This document shows, piece after piece, positions 1 to 9,671 of a stretch of DNA of 34,574 nt (position 1 is its first letter; every line of letters begins with the position of its first letter). The notes beneath the pieces are model-generated. The model searched no databases, was not told where the DNA came from, and saw only the letters and a list, made by a program, of their open reading frames with translations. The DNA comes from Bdellovibrionota bacterium (GTDB lineage: Bacteria > Bdellovibrionota > UBA1018 > UBA923). The stretch spans positions 1 to 34,574 of the forward strand of contig JBFMCE010000042.1 in NCBI GenBank assembly GCA_040754655.1. Direction: 5' to 3'. Both the position numbers and the translations under genes were made by a program.

Positions 1-840
1 ATATCCTGTGACCAAATCCTTCAGGACTGGAATCTCATGATTTTCAATGAATTCGGTGCTGATGAAGTCGATGTTTCTAAGCCGCGCATTAAAACCGATG
101 GTCGAGTCTTGAGCTAAGACTCGAATTGCCGTTAATGCTTGGACCATTGCCGCGTCATCTCTTTCAGGGCCAAGATACAAGCGATGCAAAGCCATGTCGT
201 AGAACGCTGCTTCTCCTCTAAGATAAGCTGAATCTTTGTTCACAAGCGCCAAGACCACATGATGTCGCTTAAGCTCTTGGGCTTCCACAGGGGTCAAAAG
301 CCCTGATGTGATAAGACTACGAAGTGTGTTTTCTTGTGTCTGTGCCTGTGTCTGTGCCTGTGGTTTTGGGGGTGAGGGTTGCCGAAAGCGGCCTATAAAA
401 AAAGGAAGGCGCTCTCTTTGGCCAGAGTAATCAAGGTTGATGTCGGTAAAGTCTTTTTCTTCTGCGCGGCTCAAGGATGGCAGGTCCAGAGCCGCCTCGT
501 TTCTCAGTTTTCGAGGTAAAATGGCCCGGTAGGAAGGACTCAAATCTAAAGAGCCGGGTTGCGCGAGATCCGTCACCGGGGCTTCAGCGTGAAGGCGTAT
601 GTATTCAGCGTTGAGATCAATCGTTTTTGTCAGAGGAAAAGGATCTTGAGACAAGGTTTTTGAAGGTCGAACGTCAAGAAAGTCGGGGCCGCCCGAGGTC
701 TTGCTCAAGGGGTTGTCTTTTAAAGACAAAATCTGCTCACAGTGGCCAAGGGTGGCGGCGTTTGCGGCATCAACTGCGCCTAGGGCAGCTATTAGCATCG
801 CCCCATGAAGGAATGATTTTAAAATGATTACCCTACCCAT
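1..840 (-). CDS. Secreted hypothetical protein, partial (runs off left edge; >=280 aa; absent from ORF track)
   Basis: Hand translation from ATG at 840 gives MGRVIILKSFLHGAMLIAALGAVDAANA|ATLGHCEQILSLKDNP..., open to position 1; Sec-like signal ending in A-N-A. Confidence 0.75.
   Translation of the reverse strand, partial: MGRVIILKSFLHGAMLIAALGAVDAANAATLGHCEQILSLKDNPLSKTSGGPDFLDVRPSKTLSQDPFPLTKTIDLNAEYIRLHAEAPVTDLAQPGSLDLSPSYRAILPRKLRNEAALDLPSLSRAEEKDFTDINLDYSGQRERLPFFIGRFRQPSPPKPQAQTQAQTQENTLRSLITSGLLTPVEAQELKRHHVVLALVNKDSAYLRGEAAFYDMALHRLYLGPERDDAAMVQALTAIRVLAQDSTIGFNARLRNIDFISTEFIENHEIPVLKDLVTGY
335..362. repeat. 12-bp tandem repeat (TGTGTCTGTGCC x2+) encoding a QAQTQAQTQ linker
   Basis: Directly visible; in frame within the minus-strand ORF. 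Confidence 0.7.
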
Positions 841-981
841 TGTGAGAGCCCATGCCTCCAGAATGGGAGTCTTTTATAATAATTGACTGTATTTGTAAAG
901 AATTAAGGTTTTGAGATCTTGTCCTACTTCAAAGGAGGTGGTGGGTCGAGTTGGGCAAACCTTGGGATGGCCTGCACCATA

Positions 982-1395
982 CTAATACTCATAACAACAA
1001 AATTCAGACTTAAAGAACGGAGCTTCATTGAGGTCGTCGATGTTTGTCAACGGCTCTCCTGAGATCCGTCCCATCCGTAGCAGATTGCAGCTCTTCCCTG
1101 CTTCGGCATGGTAGCTCAAGAAGTACACAGGCTGGCCTGGGGTCCATGCCGGGGCTTCGTAATAAACAAACTTGTAGTGTTTCCAGCCATCAGATTCGAC
1201 TTGAATATGTTTGGTTGAGGTAATGTAAGTGATGTCGTTACCGTTTTCCTCTTTCTCAATCTTATGTTCAAAAGGTTCGATTGTGAGATCGAACTTCCTG
1301 CCTTGCCCATAACAAGTCACGTCGACGGTTTCGAAGGCAGAAGATTCAAAGGACACGATCGTCAAAAAAATAACCATAAAAAGTGCTGGTTTCAT
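982..1395 (-). CDS. Small secreted hypothetical protein
   Basis: 137 aa; signal peptide MKPALFMVIFLTIVSFESSA; four Cys. Confidence 0.7.
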   Translation of the reverse strand: MKPALFMVIFLTIVSFESSAFETVDVTCYGQGRKFDLTIEPFEHKIEKEENGNDITYITSTKHIQVESDGWKHYKFVYYEAPAWTPGQPVYFLSYHAEAGKSCNLLRMGRISGEPLTNIDDLNEAPFFKSEFCCYEY

Positions 1396-1512
1396 TGGGA
1401 ATGTCTCTAACGCACGGTTGTTTGAATGGCAATCCCGTCGTTCCCGTGCGTGAATTTTTTCTATTTATGTGTTAAAGAGTCGCGCCTAGTGGTTCTGACG
1501 GAAGGGTGATTC

Positions 1513-2064
1513 ATGTCGAGTTTATCGATCAAGGCCTGTTTGGTTCTTTTCTCGGTTTCTGTTTTTGGGGCGAGCTTGAGTTATGGAGCTTGCCGGCAAG
1601 ATTCCTATCCTGACTATTTGACGTGTAAGATTACGCGCAACGCCCAAGGAAAGTTTTATGAGGATACCCTAACGATAGATTCTCGTCCCGATAGAATTCC
1701 GACAGGCCAAAAGCAATCGATGTTATTTGGTTTATACGAAGTCGATGAGTACCGGCTTGAAACCACGAAAACCGCAAAGATCACCTTTGATTCCAGGGAT
1801 ATTGTCACGCCTGATCGAATAGTCGTGGTAACGCAGTATTTAGACAGAAGAATCATTGAGGTCAAAGTCGTTGACGGCGATTCTAGAATAATTGACGAAG
1901 AAGAAGGGGAGTTCGAGTTTTCATACGGCGGGATTGGCGTGTTCCAAAAAGAGGCCGACTCTCGATATCCTAACGTTTCTATGGCATTCAATGACGGGTC
2001 ATTGAACGTCACTTTTTTCATAAGTTGCTATCAAGAATATAAATCTCACACGAGCTGTATTTAA
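1513..2064 (+). CDS. Secreted hypothetical protein
   Basis: 183 aa; N-terminal signal peptide, purine-rich RBS (GGAAGGGTG), paired Cys. Confidence 0.7.
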   Translation: MSSLSIKACLVLFSVSVFGASLSYGACRQDSYPDYLTCKITRNAQGKFYEDTLTIDSRPDRIPTGQKQSMLFGLYEVDEYRLETTKTAKITFDSRDIVTPDRIVVVTQYLDRRIIEVKVVDGDSRIIDEEEGEFEFSYGGIGVFQKEADSRYPNVSMAFNDGSLNVTFFISCYQEYKSHTSCI

Positions 2065-2093
2065 TCCTTTGAAGCATGTTAGGTTTCATCCTC

Positions 2094-4970
2094 TCACACC
2101 TGCAGGGATTGCTGGCCAGGCGCATGCGCGCGCAAGATCCTTCGGTCTGGAGAGGCCTCAAGCTTCTTGAGATAGCGCCCCGTGAGCGACTCAGGCACGT
2201 TCATGACGTCTTCCGGGCGGCCCGCCGCAACCACTCGCCCTCCGTGGTCGCCTCCGCCGGGGCCGATGTCGATCACCCAATCCGCCTGTGAGATGAGTTC
2301 AAGATTGTGTTCGATGACGATGACGGTGTTCTTTTGATCAACGAGATCATGCAAGACCTTGAGAAGCCGTTTGACATCGTCGACGTGCAAGCCAGTCGTG
2401 GGTTCATCAAAGATATAGAGCATGTTCGAATCATTCTTGCTGGTGAGGATGCTGGCGATCTTGAGCCGCTGCGATTCGCCGCCCGAAAGCGTCGTAGAAC
2501 TTTGACCTAGCTGCAAATAACCCAAGCCGACGTTCCTTAAGATCTGAAGCTTTGACGTGATCGCAGGATACTCGCGAAACAAATCGATGGCTTCATCAAT
2601 GGTGGTGGAAAGGATCTCAAAGATGTTCTTTCGTTTGTACTCAACTTCAAGGATGTTCTTCTTGAATTTCTTTCCTTCGCATTCTTCACAAGGCAACTTG
2701 ATGTCGGCCATGAAGTGCATGTCGAGGGTGATTTCGCCTTCGCCCTTGCAGACCGGGCAGCGGCCTCCGTCAACGTTGAACGAGAAGTATTGCGGCGTGT
2801 AGCCTCGCCTGATCGACATCGACTGATTGGCCATCACGCTTCGGATGTCGTCATAGATCTTAAGGTAGGTCGCTGGATTCGATCGCGCGCTTTTGCCGAT
2901 GGGGCGTTGGTCAAGCAGAACCACGTCTTGAAGAAGGTCTGCACCATAAAGCCTCTGGAACTTGCCTACGCTCAAGTTCTCTTTATGAAAAAGCCTTGCG
3001 AGCGCATTGTAGAGAGTGCGGTGGACAAGCGTCGTTTTTCCGCTGCCCGAAAGGCCGGTCACGGCAACAAGTTGGTGCAACGGAAATTCCACGGTCACGT
3101 CTTTGAGGTTGTTCTCACAAGCGCCTACGATCTTAAGCGCTTTTCCTGATGAAGGTCGCCTCGCAGTCGGGCGCGGGATGGAAAAAGTTCCGGTGAGGTA
3201 TTTTGCGGTAAGGCACCCTCTGTTTTCAAGGATGCTCGAAAGCTCCCCTTGAGCTACGACCTCGCCGCCGCGATGCCCGGCGTGCGGGCCGATCTCGACG
3301 ATGTGGTCGGAAGACGCGATCACATCAAGGTCATGTTCCACCACCACGAGAGTGTTCCCGTGATCGCGCAGTTGGTGCAAAAGGGCGATGAGTTTTTCGG
3401 TGTCGGCCGCATGAAGGCCGATGCTTGGTTCATCGAGCACGTAAAGGGTTGAACAGAGTTTGTTGCCAAGTTGTGTGGCGAGATTGATGCGTTGGCACTC
3501 ACCCCCAGAGAGGGTTTTCCCCAGGCGGTTTAAGGTAAGGTAGCCCACCCCCACGTCAGTGAGGAATTGGAGCCTTCCGTTGACCTGCTTCAAAGCGTCT
3601 TTCGCGATGGCAAGTTCGTGTGGGGGCAAAGACAGGTGGCTGAAGTAGGCGTACGATTGCTCGACCGACATCGCAAGGACTTCGGCCAGGTCCCGGCGAT
3701 TGCCTTCTTTGCCGATCTTAACCGCAAGCGTTTCTTTTCGAAGTCTTGAACCTCCGCACTGCGTGCAGAGTTTCTGGGATTGATAGCGCCGGATGAAAAC
3801 GCGGACATGGAGTTTGTATTTCCAGGCTTTGAGCTCATCGAAACAGCCCTCAATGCCGGGAAAGCCCTTTTTTGCGCCATCGCCTTTCCAGATGAGTTGT
3901 TTCTGTTCTTTCGAGAGATCTTCGTAGCGCTTTCCCACGCCGATCTTGTGCTTCTCGCAGAACTTGATCAAGTCATGGTGCCAGTCTTGGTAAGCAGGTT
4001 TGGTGAAAGGATCGATCGCGCCATTTTTGAGGGTCTTGCGCGGGTCGGGAACAACGAGCTCTTCCTCAAGCTCGAGGTTGTACCCGAATCCGCTGCATCC
4101 TGGGCATGCTCCGAGCGGGCTATTGAATGAGAAGTTTTGCGGCTCTGGCTTTCGATAATCTATTTCGCAGTGGTCGCATCGAAAGCGGGTTGAGAAAAAA
4201 CGGTAACTCCAAGCCTTATCGCTGGCGCTTCCGACCATGGCGATGGCGATTCGCCCGAGTCCGTGTTCGAAAGCTTGATCAAGCGCGTCCATGAGCCGCG
4301 AGTCTTTTGACGGATTTTCTGGCATGCTCATCCGATCGATCACGAGGTAGGCCGCTTTGATCTTCGTCGGCGGACTCTCCAGCGCGACGATCTCATGCAC
4401 TTCGTCACCAGACTTTTCGGTCGAGAGGGCGATGCGTTGAAAGCCAGCGGCGACCAAGGCTTTTCTGGTCTCTTGCCACTTCTTTTTCGTGAATCCTTGA
4501 AGATCAAGCACGGACAAAACATAGAACCTGCTGTTTTGCGGATCATGGCTCAAACTCGTGGCCACTGTTTGAGCGGAGTCGCTCATGACCTCTCGTCCGC
4601 AGCCGTAGCAAAACGTGTGGCCAATCTTTGCGAACAACAGCCTGAAGTAGTCATAGAGCTCGCTCATCGTTGCGACCGTGGAACGGCTGTTGTTGATGTG
4701 GTTTTTCTGTTCAAGCGCGATTGCGGGGCTGACGTTGTCGAGGGAATCGATGTCGGGTTTCGTCATTTTCTCGAGGAATTGACGAGTGTAAGTCGACAGC
4801 GACTCGACATACCTTCTTTGTCCTTCGGCATAGAGCGTGTCAAAGACCAGCGAAGACTTGCCTGAGCCTGAGACGCCCGTGATCACGGTGAATTTCTTCA
4901 GCGGGAGGTCAACGTCTATGTTTTTAAGATTGTTTGTGCGGGCGCCCCGCAGCTTCATCATTCCTTGCAT
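2094..4970 (-). CDS. uvrA: Excinuclease ABC subunit A (UvrA family)
   Basis: Two Walker A motifs ([16 protein letters not shown]), two LSGGE signatures, [13 protein letters not shown], Zn-finger CxxC pairs. Confidence 0.95.
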   Translation of the reverse strand: MQGMMKLRGARTNNLKNIDVDLPLKKFTVITGVSGSGKSSLVFDTLYAEGQRRYVESLSTYTRQFLEKMTKPDIDSLDNVSPAIALEQKNHINNSRSTVATMSELYDYFRLLFAKIGHTFCYGCGREVMSDSAQTVATSLSHDPQNSRFYVLSVLDLQGFTKKKWQETRKALVAAGFQRIALSTEKSGDEVHEIVALESPPTKIKAAYLVIDRMSMPENPSKDSRLMDALDQAFEHGLGRIAIAMVGSASDKAWSYRFFSTRFRCDHCEIDYRKPEPQNFSFNSPLGACPGCSGFGYNLELEEELVVPDPRKTLKNGAIDPFTKPAYQDWHHDLIKFCEKHKIGVGKRYEDLSKEQKQLIWKGDGAKKGFPGIEGCFDELKAWKYKLHVRVFIRRYQSQKLCTQCGGSRLRKETLAVKIGKEGNRRDLAEVLAMSVEQSYAYFSHLSLPPHELAIAKDALKQVNGRLQFLTDVGVGYLTLNRLGKTLSGGECQRINLATQLGNKLCSTLYVLDEPSIGLHAADTEKLIALLHQLRDHGNTLVVVEHDLDVIASSDHIVEIGPHAGHRGGEVVAQGELSSILENRGCLTAKYLTGTFSIPRPTARRPSSGKALKIVGACENNLKDVTVEFPLHQLVAVTGLSGSGKTTLVHRTLYNALARLFHKENLSVGKFQRLYGADLLQDVVLLDQRPIGKSARSNPATYLKIYDDIRSVMANQSMSIRRGYTPQYFSFNVDGGRCPVCKGEGEITLDMHFMADIKLPCEECEGKKFKKNILEVEYKRKNIFEILSTTIDEAIDLFREYPAITSKLQILRNVGLGYLQLGQSSTTLSGGESQRLKIASILTSKNDSNMLYIFDEPTTGLHVDDVKRLLKVLHDLVDQKNTVIVIEHNLELISQADWVIDIGPGGGDHGGRVVAAGRPEDVMNVPESLTGRYLKKLEASPDRRILRAHAPGQQSLQV

Positions 4971-4977
4971 GTTTTAT

Positions 4978-6243
4978 TTATTTCAAAACAAATGCGTCCT
5001 CTTTTGAAAAACCTTCGCCACCGAGATTTGCGGCGCAAGGCGGCGAGCTTTCGATCCAAACCGCCGTGGCTTGAAGAGAACTTCTTTCAACCTTCACGGT
5101 ACGTACCACATTCTTCGAGCTCGTACACGTCTTTGCGGTCTTCATAATCGATGGCTGCCGGTCGGTTTCAGTATCAGCCAGATAGAGAATGCCGGTCGGC
5201 GCGATGCCGAGAGTTTCCGCGCGTCCCCTGATTTTAAGAGGCAAAGGAGCTGTGGGGTCTGCGAAGGAAGAACTGGGGTTTTGCTCGAAAAGCCACTTCA
5301 CGTAGCCTTCAAACAACGCAGCCCATGAGCGTGAGTAAACGCTTTCGATGCGTTCGAACGCAGAGCCCCGTGTCGTTGGGATTTTTTTGATCAATTTCGG
5401 ATCGAAGCTTTTGAGCAGGTATTCACCAAACAGCGAAAGAGCGCCGTAACTCGCTCCGTAACCATTCACCGCGAGCGGCCATTCGGTGTGCGACGCGTAC
5501 TTGAGCACGAAAGGGATCTCAGTGAAAAAACCGCTGATCTGCATCGCCATTTCACCCAGCATCTCGTTCAACCACGGATCGATCGGCTTTGATTCCTTGC
5601 CTTGATTGCCATGCACGAGAAGATGGCTGAGTTCGTGCGTCACAACGGCCTTCATATAATCGGTCTGCAAGGGTTGGAGCGCATTGATGTAAAGGATGTT
5701 CTTTTCGTTCGAATGTTGGGGAGTAGGTGTTTCCGATTGCGCCTGCGCTTCGGTGAATTGATCGTAGATGTTGAAGAAACCATCAAACCCGAAAGTTTTC
5801 CCATCCTTCCTTTTGTACGGAGGAAGTGCTGCGATCACGAGATGAATGTCACGATCACCGCCGGGAGGAATAGGGGGAGGGCCGAAGTAGTCGTAACCTA
5901 GCGGCAAGATTCCTTTCGACGGATCGAGTGACCCCTCGGGAGTGTTGCGAACGAGCAGATTCATCAACTCTGTGATCGAGGCATTCTGAGGCTCATGCTC
6001 GCCTAAATTTTCTTCTATCCAAATATTTATCCAATTTTGCCTGTCAGGAAGTTTGTCTCTTGAGTGGTGCCAGAACTTTGGTTTTCGAAATGCCGGAGGC
6101 ATCACTGTGAGATCCCAAACCCAGAATTCTTGTACTGAAGCATGGCTAGGCGTGGTGGCAAGGGTTTGGGTATTGATGAATAAGAAAGCGATCAAAAATA
6201 ATTTGTAGCGCGCCGCAATAGAAAGTATTTTTAAACTTTTCAT
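4978..6243 (-). CDS. Secreted zinc metallopeptidase (HExxH gluzincin, M30-like)
   Basis: HELSH followed by WLNEMLGE; signal peptide from ATG 6243 with GGGGAG RBS. Confidence 0.7.
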   Translation of the reverse strand: MKSLKILSIAARYKLFLIAFLFINTQTLATTPSHASVQEFWVWDLTVMPPAFRKPKFWHHSRDKLPDRQNWINIWIEENLGEHEPQNASITELMNLLVRNTPEGSLDPSKGILPLGYDYFGPPPIPPGGDRDIHLVIAALPPYKRKDGKTFGFDGFFNIYDQFTEAQAQSETPTPQHSNEKNILYINALQPLQTDYMKAVVTHELSHLLVHGNQGKESKPIDPWLNEMLGEMAMQISGFFTEIPFVLKYASHTEWPLAVNGYGASYGALSLFGEYLLKSFDPKLIKKIPTTRGSAFERIESVYSRSWAALFEGYVKWLFEQNPSSSFADPTAPLPLKIRGRAETLGIAPTGILYLADTETDRQPSIMKTAKTCTSSKNVVRTVKVERSSLQATAVWIESSPPCAANLGGEGFSKEDAFVLK

Positions 6244-6501
6244 GTTTGCTCCCCGGTGTACCAAGACTTCAATCAAAGACGAGCAAAATGGCAAGAAGAT
6301 CATTGGGATAAGAGCGCATTATATTCATTTCTCAGGTTTTATACTCTGAGTCCTAACGAAATCCCGATAGAGTCTAAATCGAGGGCTAATTTGCAATTCG
6401 TCTCCGTCGTCGCTAGTCTAGAAGTATGGCCGCTCGACGGATATGAGCGGTTTCAGCGCTTATAGGATGAGCGCTGCTGTTCAAGGAAGGAGTTTTGGCG
6501 A

Positions 6502-7518
6502 ATGGCTTTCCACGGAAGGGAAAAGGCTGCGAGGATCGCGGCCGATCAAAAGTTCATCATCTTATTATTCGTAGTTCTGTTCTATCTTCTTACGTTCACG
6601 GCGCCTGCTTTTGCGCTCGGGAAAAAGAGACCCGAAGCGTCTGGCGGTGTGAGCCCTGTTGAGGTCGCGAGCAGCGGCTCTCCTCCGATTTCATTTCAGC
6701 TGCGCGTTCTCACCTACAATATCCAAGGACTGCCGCTTCCCCACATCGATCACACCAAGTATGAGAAAATCGGACGCATCCTTGGTCAGCGCAAAGCGCG
6801 GGGCAATGCTCCGCAAATTGTCGCCATCCAAGAAGCCTTTCACAGCGACAGCAGGAATATTCCGCGATTCGCTCGTTATCCTTGGGCCGCTTTCGGGCCT
6901 CGCGCAAAACCCATGGGCATCAATTCGGGATTGCTTCTCTTAAGCCAGTACCGGATGGCGGCCTACGATGAAGTGCGATACGTCGATTGCGCCGGAACCG
7001 ATTGTTTCGCTGCCAAAGGCATTCAACGCGCTACGCTTTCAATTCCGACGGGACGTGGGATCAATGTCGAGCTCGAAGTATTCAATACGCATATGAACGC
7101 CGATGACGACGTGGTTTCAAACAACAATCAATCCCGCAAGGCAAGGCTTGGCCAAATACGCCAATACGGCGGCGATTTCTTGCGCAGATCGCGCGTTGGC
7201 GAACTGCCCGCGTTGTTTTTGGGGGATTACAATTTTCAGCTCGGTCGCCCGGATTATAATCTTTTTGCCTCATTGGTCGGAGGCGAGAACGCGGTTGAGA
7301 CTTGCACCCGTGCTCGAAACTGCACCGGCGATCAAGACATGCAAGTTGTCTTGGAGCAAACGGTGGATCATCATTTTTATTTGGCGGGGTATGCTGCAGG
7401 ACGGCCTGTTTCATTGACTCCAGTGCATGCAGAGGAAGTTTTTGATGAAGCCGCGCCTGGTGAGCGTCTTTCCGACCACACCGGCATTGAGGTCGTATAC
7501 CAAGTGACGGTGCATTGA
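6502..7518 (+). CDS. Secreted endonuclease/exonuclease/phosphatase (EEP) family enzyme, sphingomyelinase C-like
   Basis: Motifs TYNI, IQE, SGL, NTH, GDYN, DH, SDH; signal peptide ending AFA. Confidence 0.85.
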   Translation: MAFHGREKAARIAADQKFIILLFVVLFYLLTFTAPAFALGKKRPEASGGVSPVEVASSGSPPISFQLRVLTYNIQGLPLPHIDHTKYEKIGRILGQRKARGNAPQIVAIQEAFHSDSRNIPRFARYPWAAFGPRAKPMGINSGLLLLSQYRMAAYDEVRYVDCAGTDCFAAKGIQRATLSIPTGRGINVELEVFNTHMNADDDVVSNNNQSRKARLGQIRQYGGDFLRRSRVGELPALFLGDYNFQLGRPDYNLFASLVGGENAVETCTRARNCTGDQDMQVVLEQTVDHHFYLAGYAAGRPVSLTPVHAEEVFDEAAPGERLSDHTGIEVVYQVTVH

Positions 7519-7534
7519 GAGGCGGGCTTTAGCT

Positions 7535-8110
7535 CTATTCTCGAGCGATCGTGTGAAAGATTTCTCTCAAACGGTTGGGCAATTGGTAAACCAGCTCTTC
7601 AAATCTACTTCTAAATTCTTCAGGATAAGCTTTTGCGATGCGATGGGCTCCTAAGAGGCACCCGAACTGTTTTGGCGGCCCTGAAGGGGAAGCGTGGTTG
7701 GATTGGGTGATGCAAGCTTCGAGTTTTGGAAAAATTTGGATCGCTTGCTCCCGGGAATTCACTGCTTGGTCGATGAGTGGGCTTAAAGTCTGGGTGTGGG
7801 CGGTGGCATTGGCGTCGGCGTCGCTCGCGCTAGTCTGAGTTGGAGATCTAAGAAGAGAGGCGTTTTCTTGGTTGGGTTCGAAGCCGGTGCGAGGAGTGCG
7901 TTCGCTCGCTGATTCGAGATTTGCCGAAGGGGATGGCCTGTTGCCTGCGACTTGGGTTGAAAGTTCCCGGCTCTGGGAAAACTCTTGGGTGGCGTCGGCA
8001 TGCAGATGGGGGGCAGGCCTGTTCTCAATAAATTGATGGGCTGCGAAGTAAGCGGCCGCGACAATGAAAGAGAGTGCAAGGCATAACGTTAGATTTTTGC
8101 GCCTTCCCAT
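7535..8110 (-). CDS. Membrane-anchored hypothetical protein
   Basis: 191 aa; basic N-terminus plus hydrophobic helix, low-complexity linker, helical C-domain with 2 Cys. Confidence 0.65.
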   Translation of the reverse strand: MGRRKNLTLCLALSFIVAAAYFAAHQFIENRPAPHLHADATQEFSQSRELSTQVAGNRPSPSANLESASERTPRTGFEPNQENASLLRSPTQTSASDADANATAHTQTLSPLIDQAVNSREQAIQIFPKLEACITQSNHASPSGPPKQFGCLLGAHRIAKAYPEEFRSRFEELVYQLPNRLREIFHTIARE

Positions 8111-8367
8111 CTTTTTAAAGATAACTTCAAAAAATAGGCTCGCAAAGCGTGGCTGGGCAATCTCTACCGCTCGGCCCGCGAGTTACGCAGATCTATCTTA
8201 AATAACTTTTATTTTATGCGCTCGCGATGAGCAGCATCCACACCATCGTGGCGTAGCAAGTAATCACAACTAATTTCATGTTTATCAGTAGAGCAAGGGT
8301 CGTGCCGGTTTGGGCTGGCTTTGCGCAGGCGCAGTCGCGGTGTTTTCGCGAGTTGCGGTTTTTCAGC

Positions 8368-8384
8368 TGTCGAAAATTTAGACA
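8368..8384. promoter_or_regulatory. Putative sigma54 enhancer (UAS) TGTCGAAAATTTAGACA
   Basis: TGT-N11-ACA palindrome; near-identical sites at 11457 and 22136, each upstream of a -24/-12 motif. Confidence 0.6.
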
Positions 8385-8490
8385 GTGACGTTTGTGCGGA
8401 CTTGCGCGTAGGTTTGCTCGGGTTATGCGGATTAAGTCTTTGATGCGTTTTGGTTTTTGTGGGTCGCGCGTGACTTTTCTTGAGAGATGT

Positions 8491-8533
8491 TGGCAGCCCC
8501 TTTGCCACTCTTGCAGCTGGCACATTGAATGCA
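8491..8533 (+). promoter_or_regulatory. Two tandem sigma54 -24/-12 motifs (TGGCAGCCCCTTTGC; TGGCACATTGAATGCA)
   Basis: Both have exact GG-N10-GC spacing, upstream of CDS 8589; IHF-like site near 8433-8445. Confidence 0.6.
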
Positions 8534-8588
8534 ACGTATCGTCACAATAGAGAAGGTTGTCTGATTTTTTTAGAGGAGTAGTTTTAAG

Positions 8589-9368
8589 ATGAAAAGCGCT
8601 TATTTGGTTTTGGGTTTGGTCTTGGGTTCTGCGGTCGCGGCGAATGCTTCGGCAGCTGGTTTGATGAATGATTTTCGATATGCCTGCGAAGTTTGGTGCG
8701 GAGACAAAAGCATTGTTCTCTGGGATTCGCCGAGCAAGATGGCAGATGCAGCAACGTCGGGCATCCCTGGTTTATATGCGGGCTTTAGTGCAGACTCTAC
8801 CAAAATTTATCTTGATGTAAGCAGTCTTGGCTGCTCTCGAACTGAACAAGTGCAGTTGTTTGGGCTCGGAGAGGATTATGAGGAATATGTCGGTAGACCG
8901 GCTGTTGCTGTTGTTATTGAAGGAGATACTCCGGAAGGGAAAAAAGAGTTCGCCAGGAGTAGGGAGATTCCCAGAGTACCTACACGCGACATGCTAAGGA
9001 ATCCGGAGAAGTACGAACTGAGCTATACGTCGGGAGACTTAGGTGTGTTTTGCACACATGCGGATATCAATAAACCGTGGAACTCTGCTCAGTCTGCTGC
9101 CGAGGTTGCAGACAACGCGCTTGATAAGGCAGACACAGCATCTGTCGCCGCAGCACAAACTGCATCCGTAGCAGCTAATCCCAAAGCCGAAGAACAACTG
9201 GCCGAAGTGAAAACCGCAAGCCCTGCAGCAGACCTCGAGGTGTTGACTTCAACGCCCACGAAGACTGCAAGTGTCGCTGCTACCAAGAATTCATCGGCTT
9301 CTGTTGGTTTGGCTGAAACGGCTACTGCCGCAGATACTGCGACCACAGCTGCTGGAGCTTCTGAGTAA
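8589..9368 (+). CDS. Secreted hypothetical protein with Ala/Thr-rich C-terminal tail
   Basis: GAGGAG RBS; signal peptide ending ANASA; low-complexity tail. Confidence 0.8.
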   Translation: MKSAYLVLGLVLGSAVAANASAAGLMNDFRYACEVWCGDKSIVLWDSPSKMADAATSGIPGLYAGFSADSTKIYLDVSSLGCSRTEQVQLFGLGEDYEEYVGRPAVAVVIEGDTPEGKKEFARSREIPRVPTRDMLRNPEKYELSYTSGDLGVFCTHADINKPWNSAQSAAEVADNALDKADTASVAAAQTASVAANPKAEEQLAEVKTASPAADLEVLTSTPTKTASVAATKNSSASVGLAETATAADTATTAAGASE

Positions 9369-9413
9369 GAAGCCAAAGTCATTTGTAGAAGTTCTAAAAT
9401 AAACAGACTTACA

Positions 9414-9451
9414 AAGGCGGCTCTTCTCTCTAGAGAGGGAGGGGTCGCCTT
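9414..9451 (+). terminator. Stem-loop 3' of CDS 8589 (probable terminator)
   Basis: AAGGCGGCTCTTCTCTC pairs with GAGAGGGAGGGGTCGCCTT including G-U pairs. Confidence 0.5.
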
Positions 9452-9671
9452 AAAGTTTATTTCATAGCGTGAGTCTTGGCGGCGGTAGCCGCTCTCTAGG
9501 GTAGGCGCCAGATACAGTCGCAATCGCTAACCACCAGAACTCCAGCCTGTTATCCAATTGACGCGATGCACCTAGACAAGCCGCTTTCTCGGTGGCTGAT
9601 TAAGCGCACTCTGTAGAAGAGATTTGAACGTAATCCGTTGGGGAACGGGTCGCGTTGATAAAAGGGGGAAG

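Noticed and set aside
627..827. 66-aa plus-strand ORF
   Set aside because: Antisense to the longer signal-peptide ORF 840..1
8209..8534. Two minus-strand ORFs of about 105 aa
   Set aside because: Atypical composition, no RBS, and they overlie the sigma54 regulatory region
9476..9525. Possible multi-stem RNA element before the ATP-grasp gene
   Set aside because: Short GC-rich stems expected by chance; no known motif recognised
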